Below, one piece after another: positions 55,554-64,000 of a DNA stretch of 64,000 bases (its first letter is position 1; each line of letters starts with the position of its first letter). The stretch is from a virus (Duplodnaviria > Caudoviricetes), in the IMG/VR virus record IMGVR_UViG_2724679363_000011, positions 1 through 64,000 of that record. One strand, written 5' to 3'. A program made the position numbers and the translations under genes. The notes beneath the pieces are model-generated. The model did not search any database. It worked only from the letters and a program-made list of their open reading frames with translations, and was not told the origin of the DNA.

Positions 55554-58500
55554 ATGACCGTACTGGGTGATCTGATCGTTAATTTGTCGGCTAACTCGAG
55601 TTCATTTCAATCTGAGATTGCCCGCGCCACTCGTTTAGGGAGTGATTACCATAAAACCATGGAGTCAGGTTCCCGACGCAATAACGCGGCCATAAATGAG
55701 AGTCAGCAAGCGTTAAAAGCCTTAAACGGTCAATTAGAATCCACCCGCGCTATAGCCTCGCAGGCTACCGGTGTGCTGGCGGGGGTATTTACGATCGGGA
55801 GTTTGATAAAAACTGCTGATGAGTGGGGGCAACTTTCCTCGCGCGTCAGGATGGCAACAGATTCACAATCGCAGTACATCGATGTTCAGCAGCGGTTAAT
55901 GCAAATCAGTGACCGCACCTATAAATCAATTGATGAGCAGTCGGAATTGTTTATCCGCAGCGCCAATTCCATGAAGGAACTGGGATTCTCGACGGCCAGT
56001 ACCATTGATTTTATTGATTCGATTTCCAGCTCATTAACCACCAATGCGGCCAGCACTGAAAAAGGCCAAAGCGCCATTAACGCACTGTCTAAATCGATGG
56101 TTATGGGCAAAGTGGCTGGAGATCAGTGGAATACCGTGATGGAGGTGATGCCGACCATTATTGGTGATATTGCCCGGTATTTAGGTACCACGGAGACGGA
56201 AGTTAAAAAACTGGCGGCCAGCGGCAAGTTATCGATGGATACCTTTGCAAAAGCCACTATTGCGGCGAAAGACCGCAACGCCGAACTGGCCGAAGCGATG
56301 CCAACGACGATCGGTGATGCCATCACCAAACTGTCAAATCACTGGAAAGCCTATATCGGTGATGCTAACGCAGCGCACGGTGTCACTCAAACCGTTTCCG
56401 GCTCGATCAGTTTTCTGGCTGATCACATTGATATGCTGGCTATCGCCGGTACCGCTCTGGCTGCGGGCGGTGCTGCAAAATACCTTACCTCAGTAGGGAT
56501 CAGTGCTGGTGGTGCTGCGCGGGAGCTATTAAAGGCGCAGAAAGAACAAATTGGCCTGGCTGATGCTCAGCTTAAAGCTGCACAAGCCGCGCAATATAAA
56601 ACGACGCTGGAACGCCGTGCAGCGCAGGCGGCTTTAGATGTGGCGACCGGTACCGATAAGCAGCGAGCCGCTACACTGGCGCTGGTACAGGCCAGAAAAG
56701 TTGAAGAAGCGGCGATAAATGGTGTTGCCGTTGCGCAAACCCGACTGAATGCCATCACCAGTGTTGCCGGACGTATCGGGGCTGGTTTGTTGTCTGCGGT
56801 CGGTGGGTTGCCCGGACTTGCCATGATGGCCGTGTCCGCCGCTGCCGGATTCCTGCTGTTACGTGATAACTCAAACGAAGCCTCAAAAAGCCTCGCGGAT
56901 ATGAGCTTGCCGGTTGATGAACTGACAAAAAAATTCAGGGAGCTGGGGGAGGTTCAGCGCCGATCATTTACCGACAGCCTGAGAAATGACATTGCCAACA
57001 CGGATGCAGAGATCAGGAAATCTGTTGAAGCCATCAAAATTTATGCCACTCAGGCAATTCCCAAGGATTTGGTATCCAATGCATTTGGTGGCACAGAGCT
57101 GGTTATCAATGCAGAAAATCAGCAAGCGTTAGATCGGTTTGTTGCAACACTGCGCGATGTTGACAGCAGCGCCGGCGGGATTAAAAACCTGCAAGGTTAT
57201 ATGCAGTCAAATTTCGATGCCTTCGCAAAAGCGACAAACATGTCGGATGAGCAGCGTCAAGGCTTGCAAGAACTGGCTACTGCCTACGTAGAGAGTAAGG
57301 GAAAGCTCGAGGGCTTCACGGAAAGATTGCAGGCGATTATCGGTGTAACGAAAGAAGCGACAGCGGCTAATAATGGGCTGGTAGCCTCTTTAAATGTCGA
57401 TTTTTCCAAACAGTTAACCAGTGCAAAACTGGCGCTGGATGTCTCAAAACTGGCGGCAACAGGGGCTAAAAATGAGGCTGAACTGTTGCGGGGGGCCTAT
57501 GCTGCTGCGGGGGAACAAGCTGAGTTATTGGCACCACAAATACAGAAGATTGTTGCTTCTGGTGGGAAGGTTGATGTCGCTCCGGGGTTAGAAGGGGTAC
57601 GCGAATGGGTACAACTTCAGTCTCAGATCATTGTAAATAATGATGCAGCCCAAAAGTTGACGGCATCCATTAAATCAGGGGCCAGCGAGGCAAAAAAACT
57701 CGGTGATGCCTATGACAAAGTGCTGCAACAGCAAAACCAGCAAATTGCGATGCACGGGAAAGAGGGCGAGCTGGCCAAGATCAGTTATGAGCTGGCGAAC
57801 GGTGAACTGAGCGCACTCAGTGAAGCCCAAAAGCTCACGCTGACCCGTAATGCAGCCGAGCAGGACCGGCTGGCAACACAGGTCAAACTGAAATCCATGT
57901 TGGAGCAATTACGCACCCCGGAAGAGCAAGAGCTGGAAACAACCCGCGCCCGCCTCAAGTTACTGAAAGAGGCCGCACCGGCGACGGAAGATTACCAAAA
58001 AGCGCTGGAGAAAATCTCAAAAGCCAGCGTAACAAAAGCCCCTAAGTATGCCGGTCTGGATGCCTCAGTGGGTGGGGCTGGCAGTGAACTGAGTCGGGTT
58101 GCCGATGCAGAGAAAGAGCTTAAAAAATGGTACGACAAGCAGATCGACATGCAAAATGAACTGTTGTCTACCAAGGAGATTAACGAACAAACCTATGCTG
58201 ATCGTGTGGCTGGGATCAACCAGCAAAATAATGAGCGGCTGGGCGACATTCAGAGTGCTTATGCATCAGCAACATTGGGTGTGTTCTCGTCAATGACCGG
58301 GGATGCGGCTGATTTACTCGGTGATTTGGTCGGGAAAAGCTCAGCGGCCTATAAAGCGATGTTTATTGCCAGCAAGGCCGCCTCCATTGCTCAGGCGGTG
58401 ATCAATACCAACGTAGCGGCCACTAAAGCTCTGGCGGAAGGCGGGATGATAATGGGTATCCCCATGTCAACGGCAATACGCGCCGTGGGTTATGCTTCCA

Positions 58501-58868
58501 TCGGTATTATGGCGGCAACCTCGATAGCGGGTATGGCACACGATGGTATCGATAGCGTCCCGGCTGACGGCACCTGGTTACTTCAGAAAGGGGAGCGTGT
58601 CACAACTGCCGCGACCTCGGCAAAGCTCGACGCTACGCTGGGGGCTATTCAGGAACAGCGTGAAACCACTGGTGGGGGATTTAATTATTCGGCAAACATT
58701 CAGGTTAACGGCGACCCCGATCAGCGGACATTACAGATGATAGAAAGTTCTGTTAAGCGGAGTGTTCAGCAGGGGTATGCCCTGATGGTTAATGATCTGG
58801 CTAAAGGGCAGGGCAAAGTGTCCAAAGCGATCGGGGCGGGATGGAACACCAAACGGAGGGCAAGATAG
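55554..58868 (+). CDS. Tail tape measure protein
   Basis: 1104 aa Ala-rich; GMAHDGID.VP..GTWLLQKGERV C-terminus. Confidence 0.94.
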   Translation: MTVLGDLIVNLSANSSSFQSEIARATRLGSDYHKTMESGSRRNNAAINESQQALKALNGQLESTRAIASQATGVLAGVFTIGSLIKTADEWGQLSSRVRMATDSQSQYIDVQQRLMQISDRTYKSIDEQSELFIRSANSMKELGFSTASTIDFIDSISSSLTTNAASTEKGQSAINALSKSMVMGKVAGDQWNTVMEVMPTIIGDIARYLGTTETEVKKLAASGKLSMDTFAKATIAAKDRNAELAEAMPTTIGDAITKLSNHWKAYIGDANAAHGVTQTVSGSISFLADHIDMLAIAGTALAAGGAAKYLTSVGISAGGAARELLKAQKEQIGLADAQLKAAQAAQYKTTLERRAAQAALDVATGTDKQRAATLALVQARKVEEAAINGVAVAQTRLNAITSVAGRIGAGLLSAVGGLPGLAMMAVSAAAGFLLLRDNSNEASKSLADMSLPVDELTKKFRELGEVQRRSFTDSLRNDIANTDAEIRKSVEAIKIYATQAIPKDLVSNAFGGTELVINAENQQALDRFVATLRDVDSSAGGIKNLQGYMQSNFDAFAKATNMSDEQRQGLQELATAYVESKGKLEGFTERLQAIIGVTKEATAANNGLVASLNVDFSKQLTSAKLALDVSKLAATGAKNEAELLRGAYAAAGEQAELLAPQIQKIVASGGKVDVAPGLEGVREWVQLQSQIIVNNDAAQKLTASIKSGASEAKKLGDAYDKVLQQQNQQIAMHGKEGELAKISYELANGELSALSEAQKLTLTRNAAEQDRLATQVKLKSMLEQLRTPEEQELETTRARLKLLKEAAPATEDYQKALEKISKASVTKAPKYAGLDASVGGAGSELSRVADAEKELKKWYDKQIDMQNELLSTKEINEQTYADRVAGINQQNNERLGDIQSAYASATLGVFSSMTGDAADLLGDLVGKSSAAYKAMFIASKAASIAQAVINTNVAATKALAEGGMIMGIPMSTAIRAVGYASIGIMAATSIAGMAHDGIDSVPADGTWLLQKGERVTTAATSAKLDATLGAIQEQRETTGGGFNYSANIQVNGDPDQRTLQMIESSVKRSVQQGYALMVNDLAKGQGKVSKAIGAGWNTKRRAR

Positions 58869-59332
58869 TGAGTGATATTAACTATCCGCATGCGTATTTG
58901 CCCCTGCCTTTAATGGAGGGTTATGGATTTAAAGCGGTCAGCCCTATTTTGCGCACTCAAATGACCTCGGGACGGGCAAGGCAGCGACGACTTTATACGT
59001 CCGTTCCCACTCAGGCATCCGTCAGTTGGATATTCAAAACAGATGCTGAATCTCAGTTATTTGAAGCGTGGTTTAGGGATGCTATCAATGATGGCGTGGC
59101 GTGGTTTTTTATGAAGTTGCAAACCCCTCTGGGGGTTGAAGCCTACAAATGCCGATTTATTGATATCTATGAAGGTCCGATTTTGGTAGCCCCTAAATAC
59201 TGGCGGTTTTCTGCCACGCTGGAACTCTGGGAGCGCCCGTTATTACCTTCAGGGTTAGGTGAGTTCCCCGACTACATTATCAACAGCAGTATTATCGATC
59301 TTGCCTTAAATCAGGAGTGGCCAGAAGCATGA
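58868..59332 (+). CDS. Distal tail protein-like
   Basis: RTQMTSGRARQRR, FEAWF...GVAWF; follows tape measure. Confidence 0.75.
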   Translation: MSDINYPHAYLPLPLMEGYGFKAVSPILRTQMTSGRARQRRLYTSVPTQASVSWIFKTDAESQLFEAWFRDAINDGVAWFFMKLQTPLGVEAYKCRFIDIYEGPILVAPKYWRFSATLELWERPLLPSGLGEFPDYIINSSIIDLALNQEWPEA

Positions 59333-59811
59333 CCGTATTAAATCGACTGTATGCCTCCGGTGGGTCAGAAGTGATTATTCAGACACTTGAGATTGCGGTG
59401 GGTGACAAGACCTATTGGCTCACCAAGGGCTGGGAAGACATTACCGCCGTGCTGGAAAGTGGCGAATCAGCGACCTTCACCGCGTGTGGCATTGATATCG
59501 CCCTTCCCGCAAGAAACAGTGATGGTACGCAGGATCTGCAATTTGCTATCAGTAATATTGATGGCATTGTCTCCACGGCCATTAGAGGGGCGCTCGATTA
59601 CCTCAGTACCGCCTTACTGACGTACCGATACTATGTTTCTACCGACTTATCCGCACCTGCAGCAAAGCCCTATACGCTGATAGTGAAATCAGGGTACTGG
59701 ACAGCTACCGAGGTTCAGATCACGGCGGGTTACATGAACGTGCTCGATACTGCGTGGCCCCGCTACCGTTATACATTGCCGAACTACCCCGGATTGCGCT
59801 ACCTGTCCTGA
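59329..59811 (+). CDS. DUF1833 tail tip protein
   Basis: LNRLYASGG, QDLQFAISNIDG, WPRYRYT...PGL. Confidence 0.8.
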   Translation: MTVLNRLYASGGSEVIIQTLEIAVGDKTYWLTKGWEDITAVLESGESATFTACGIDIALPARNSDGTQDLQFAISNIDGIVSTAIRGALDYLSTALLTYRYYVSTDLSAPAAKPYTLIVKSGYWTATEVQITAGYMNVLDTAWPRYRYTLPNYPGLRYLS

Positions 59812-59821
59812 GGAAAACCCT

Positions 59822-60202
59822 ATGTTCAACACAGATAAATACCGTTCAGTCACCTGGCTGAAGGGCGGAAGAGTGTACCCGCAACTTGACTGTTTCGGCA
59901 TTGTGAATGAAATCCGACGCGATCTCGGGCTGCATGAGTGGCCCGAGTTTTCAGGTGTCACCAAAGACGATGACGGACTGAACAGAGAAGCGCGGAATCT
60001 GATGATTGATCTGCAACGGTGTGAGCCTTGTGTGGGTGCAGGAGTTGCCTGCTACTCAGGGAGTACGGTGACACATGTTGGCATTGTGGTGAGCCTGTCC
60101 GGTGAATTGTACGTTGCCGAGTGCAACCCTAAAAGTAATGTGACGTTCCTGCCGTTGGCGCGGTTCTGCCGTCGCTTTGTCAAAGTGGAGTTCTGGCAAT
60201 GA
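59822..60202 (+). CDS. NlpC/P60-like tail assembly protein
   Basis: GGRVYPQLDCFGIV...HVGIVV. Confidence 0.82.
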   Translation: MFNTDKYRSVTWLKGGRVYPQLDCFGIVNEIRRDLGLHEWPEFSGVTKDDDGLNREARNLMIDLQRCEPCVGAGVACYSGSTVTHVGIVVSLSGELYVAECNPKSNVTFLPLARFCRRFVKVEFWQ

Positions 60203-63200
60203 CCATCAGAATTTATCCCTCACGTCTACCAGGTGAGCCGCTGGAGACTCACGAACACAAACCCATGTCATTACATCAATGGTTCAGTGTCAACGTAACG
60301 GACTATCAACATGATATGTGTCAGCCGGTTGCGGTTGAAGTCAACGGAAAACCGATACCGGTATCAGCGTGGCCACTTTGCTTTATCAGCCCGGAAAGTG
60401 ATGTTCGTGTGTATCCGGTCCCTTACGGTACGGGTGCAGAATTTGCGTTATGGGCAGCAGTGGCGATAGCGGTTGCATCGGCAGCTTATTCCATCTACAT
60501 GATGAGCACACTGGATACGCCAGGTAATGCCACCAGTTCCGCGGGCGATCAGCTCAACTTGTCCCCCGCAAAAGCCAATAACGTAAAACTGGGCGACCCG
60601 ATACGGGAGGTGTTTGGTAAATACCGTGTGTATCCCGACTATATTGTGCAACCTACTTCGCGGTTCGATTCCAATAACCCCGAGATCTACCGTACAGAAA
60701 TGATGCTATGTGTGGGCGTGGGCCATTATTCCATTCCGCAATCTACAATGCGGATTGGCTCTACGCCGGTAGTCAGTTTTGGCGACGATGTGAGCTATAC
60801 CCTTTACAGTCCGGGTGCCACCGTATCGAGTGATCCCCGGTCACAAAACTGGTGGGCATCGACTGAGGTGGGCGGTACATCCAGCGGCAGTGGTCTGGAC
60901 ACTAATTCAACTGCACCGGGCAGCATTTATGTTAATGCGGATGCCATTCTTTTTGCGGGTAATACTATCACCCTGATTGGCGTGAGTAATGAAAACGGTA
61001 GCGAGGACGCGGATGATCCTAGTGTGCCAGTCTCATGGATTGAGGGAACCGTTATCACGGTGATCGCCCCTGACAGCTATGCTGTCGGCAAAGTGGGTGG
61101 GTACAGTGTTATTTATGGCAACTTCACTGAACTGGGGCCTGTGGTGGGTAATCCGGTTACGCTGACCTTCAACGATACCCGCTACAATTTGTTTATTGCG
61201 TCTTACACACCCGCAGTTGATCCGGTGCCTGGTATCGGGGGTAATGCAGCCAGCATTGCCGCCAGCGCAGCCCCTACAACTTACGATTTCAGTGGGTCCA
61301 GCTATACGTTCAACATCACTTGGAAAGGGAAAGCGTATCCGGTCAGCCTTATTGCTAACTACATCAACATGGTTGGCCTGCTGGGTGCCATTACCAATGC
61401 TTTAACGGGTTCAGGCTGTGTCGCCGTAGAGCGTGAGGGCAGGGTTGTTATTCAGGAATCAGCCAGTCCCTTTTCGGGTGGAAGTATTACGCATTCATTG
61501 CTGCCAGTGCCGGTGTTTGGCGAGAGTCCGGTCAATGTGCCCGGTATTGCGTCGAGTGGCGGCTCTGCGGGCGTAGATGCGCATATTACGCTGGCCTATA
61601 GTTCTGCAACAGGCGCGGCATTCAGTGGTATCCCAGCAGGTACTGCAAGATTATCACTGATGTACGGGGTGGGTGAGTTCATTATCACCGCCGTTGACGA
61701 TACAACGATCACCGTTAGCCGTCTGAAGATAACCGACAGTGGAACAACTACGGTCGTTGACAGCAATTGGGCTGGATTTAACAGCCGAACGGTCCTTGAT
61801 GCGTCGGTATCCGGCGAGAATGACGCTGAAAATTGGCTGGGGCCATTTCTGGCCTGCCCTGATGGGGAGAAAACGACGGTTATTGAGAATAACTTCCTGT
61901 TTCCTAACGGCCATATTCAGTACAAGAAAAATGGCGACTCGCAGTCTCATACCGTCAATATGATTGTCCAATATCGTAATATTGCCAGCGGTGGGGCGTG
62001 GTCACAAGTCAGGTATGGCTTCACTAATCAAACCGTGAACGGACATGGTTACACCCGGCGCATCAGCGGGCTGGCATCAGCACAGTACGAGGTGATGGTC
62101 CGGCGAACCACTAAAATAGGCGGATCACGAACAGTCAATAATGTGTACTGGCAGGCGCTGCGATCGAGGTTAAGCAAGTCGCCCGCAAGATATGCCAATG
62201 TGACGACACTTGCGTTGACTATTCGTACCGGTAACCGGCTGGCATCACAGTCAGATCGGCGGGTTAATATGGTAGCGACCCGGATGTATGACGGGTATGC
62301 CTCGCGCTCGATGAGTGGTGCAGTGATGCACGTCCTGACCAGTTTGGGCATGACAATGGAGCAGATAGATGTGGATGCCATCCACGCCCTGGAAAACAAC
62401 TACTGGACGCCGCGAGGGGAGACATTCGATTTCGCTACCAGCGATGACAGTACATCTGCGCTGGATATTCTGCAAAAAATCACCAATGCGGGCATGAGTT
62501 ATTTTCTGTTATCTGAAGGGTTGGCTTCCGTTGGCAGGGAAGGGGTGAAGAACTGGACCGGCATTATCAGCCCGCAGGAAACCACAGAACCACTGCGGGT
62601 GGCCTTTTCTGCCCCGTCACGGGATGATTTTGACGGCGTGGACGTGACCTACGTCAACGGCACAAGCTGGACCGAAGAAACGGTACAATGCCGAACCCCT
62701 GATAACCCCACGCCAACCAAGGTTGAGAATTTTACGCTGGATGGGGTTATCAGCGAAGACAGAGCTTATCGAATTGGCATGCGCCGACTGATGAAGTATC
62801 GACAGCAACGGCAGACATTCTCGACAAGCACTGAAATGGATGCGCTTTGCTACAACTACGGTGACCGCCTGGTGTTGACCGATGATACGCCTGGCAGCAA
62901 AACAATAAGTTGTCTCATCACTCACGCCTCGACTGATGGCGAGCAGATAACGCTGAGTGTCAATGAGCCTCTCGACTGGAGCTTCACTCATCCACGTTGC
63001 TTAATTCGGCTTCAAAATGGATCGGCAACAGCGTTACTCATCCCCTCGCGGATTGACGACTATACGCTTTCGTTACCCGCGAGCAGTGAGATTTCGCCCG
63101 ACGAATGGATTATGAACGACCCGAGCATCGAACCGCCAAGACTGATTTTTTGCTCATCAGAACGCGTGGGATACGATGCCATCGTTGCAGATATATCACC

Positions 63201-63294
63201 AGGCAGCGATGGAACGTGCGAGGTAGCAGCGAAAGAATACCGTTCAACTTTCTACGATTACGATGATGCCCATTACCCCGGCGACGTCGCCTAA
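60199..63294 (+). CDS. Tail tip hub/host specificity protein (J-like)
   Basis: LGDPIREVFGKYRVYPDY, GPFLACP, AYRIGMRRL; 1031 aa. Confidence 0.85.
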   Translation: MTIRIYPSRLPGEPLETHEHKPMSLHQWFSVNVTDYQHDMCQPVAVEVNGKPIPVSAWPLCFISPESDVRVYPVPYGTGAEFALWAAVAIAVASAAYSIYMMSTLDTPGNATSSAGDQLNLSPAKANNVKLGDPIREVFGKYRVYPDYIVQPTSRFDSNNPEIYRTEMMLCVGVGHYSIPQSTMRIGSTPVVSFGDDVSYTLYSPGATVSSDPRSQNWWASTEVGGTSSGSGLDTNSTAPGSIYVNADAILFAGNTITLIGVSNENGSEDADDPSVPVSWIEGTVITVIAPDSYAVGKVGGYSVIYGNFTELGPVVGNPVTLTFNDTRYNLFIASYTPAVDPVPGIGGNAASIAASAAPTTYDFSGSSYTFNITWKGKAYPVSLIANYINMVGLLGAITNALTGSGCVAVEREGRVVIQESASPFSGGSITHSLLPVPVFGESPVNVPGIASSGGSAGVDAHITLAYSSATGAAFSGIPAGTARLSLMYGVGEFIITAVDDTTITVSRLKITDSGTTTVVDSNWAGFNSRTVLDASVSGENDAENWLGPFLACPDGEKTTVIENNFLFPNGHIQYKKNGDSQSHTVNMIVQYRNIASGGAWSQVRYGFTNQTVNGHGYTRRISGLASAQYEVMVRRTTKIGGSRTVNNVYWQALRSRLSKSPARYANVTTLALTIRTGNRLASQSDRRVNMVATRMYDGYASRSMSGAVMHVLTSLGMTMEQIDVDAIHALENNYWTPRGETFDFATSDDSTSALDILQKITNAGMSYFLLSEGLASVGREGVKNWTGIISPQETTEPLRVAFSAPSRDDFDGVDVTYVNGTSWTEETVQCRTPDNPTPTKVENFTLDGVISEDRAYRIGMRRLMKYRQQRQTFSTSTEMDALCYNYGDRLVLTDDTPGSKTISCLITHASTDGEQITLSVNEPLDWSFTHPRCLIRLQNGSATALLIPSRIDDYTLSLPASSEISPDEWIMNDPSIEPPRLIFCSSERVGYDAIVADISPGSDGTCEVAAKEYRSTFYDYDDAHYPGDVA

Positions 63295-63298
63295 ATTT

Positions 63299-63320
63299 AA
63301 CCCGCTTCGGCGGGTTTTTT
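63299..63320 (+). terminator. Intrinsic terminator
   Basis: AACCCGC-TTCG-GCGGGTT plus T tract; the same ACCCGCTTCGGCGGGT hairpin occurs at 55522. Confidence 0.8.
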
Positions 63321-63336
63321 CATTTATGAGGCCCAA

Positions 63337-64000
63337 ATGACCACATACAATACCGGTAACCCGCTGGGGTCTGCTGCTGCAAAAGATTTGTTCGATAATG
63401 CGCAGAATATGGACTTTGCTTTAAACGATATTACTCAGGCCATCTGGACTGACCGACGCGGGAAGAAAAGAAAGACATGGCATGCCTTCGAGCTGGAATC
63501 GACGGCTGCAATCAGTCAGTTTAAAAGTGATGCGCATGATGCAATCGTTTCATTCGGACTTATTACGCTAAAGTCATTTCAGGCAGGAGCACCGCTGCCA
63601 GGCAATATTCTCACTTTGGCAAATCAGGCGCTTCAGAATGAAACAGACGGGGAATATTACCGCTGGGATGGCGTACTCCCCAAGGCGGTACCTCCAGGGT
63701 CAACACCTGAAAGTACAGGGGGCGTGGGAATTAATGCGTGGATTAGCGTAGGAGATGCCGCTCTTCGCTCAAATTTACGAAGTAATGTAGTTGGTATGGG
63801 GGCGGCGCTGGTTGGGACGGAGAACGGAGATACTGTTCAGCAGTCTTTGAGAAAATTAAATGAAAAATACGCAACAATAAAGAGAGATGATGGCTTTTAT
63901 CTTTCAACTTTTACTGGTGCAAAAACTTTTAATATCCCCAGCGATTATCCTAACATGCAAGCTGCTGTTGACGATTTACATATACAAACAACTACACAAG
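63337..64000 (+). CDS. Tail spike/fibre, N-terminal part (runs off window)
   Basis: MTTYNTGNPLGSAAAKDLFDNAQN...GEYYRWDGVLPK.VP.GSTPESTGG...AW.SVGDAALR tailspike attachment motif. Confidence 0.85.
   Translation, partial: MTTYNTGNPLGSAAAKDLFDNAQNMDFALNDITQAIWTDRRGKKRKTWHAFELESTAAISQFKSDAHDAIVSFGLITLKSFQAGAPLPGNILTLANQALQNETDGEYYRWDGVLPKAVPPGSTPESTGGVGINAWISVGDAALRSNLRSNVVGMGAALVGTENGDTVQQSLRKLNEKYATIKRDDGFYLSTFTGAKTFNIPSDYPNMQAAVDDLHIQTTTQ

Larger units (their letters stand above)
28719..64000 (+). mobile_element. Element 2: P4/PICI-type integration-replication module joined to Q, lysis, cos, head and tail genes
   Basis: int-alpA-icd-primase block contiguous with a lambdoid late operon; I saw no second att core or integrase between them. 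Confidence 0.85.

Overview
The window holds two tandem prophage-like elements from an Enterobacterales genome, joined at a 45-bp 3' fragment of tRNA-Arg(UCU) (28674-28718). Element 1 (<1-28718) is the late half of a lambdoid siphophage. It runs from a phage-21-type Q and pR', through pinholin/SAR endolysin/spanins, a Rha-KilAC regulator, terminase, DUF1073-type portal and capsid, to a lambda-like M/L/K/I/J tail tip, tail fibre and several morons. Element 2 (28719->64000) is the unusual one. Its early region is of the P4/PICI satellite type: P4-like integrase, iteron origin, alpA, an RHH repressor with operators, icd/kil-like gene, ORF6N and a Zn-finger/TOPRIM/DUF927 primase-helicase, with no recognisable cI/cro, N, Red or O/P genes. 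This region leads directly into a Q antiterminator, morons (esterase, ADP-ribosyltransferase-like protein, small membrane peptide), a tRNA-Arg(UCU), a full lysis cassette, a lambda-like cos site and a complete head and tail gene set. Its tail-terminator gene (U) has one in-frame stop. All protein calls rest on motif recognition and synteny by eye, without database searches. The right end of element 2 and the left half of element 1 lie outside the window.
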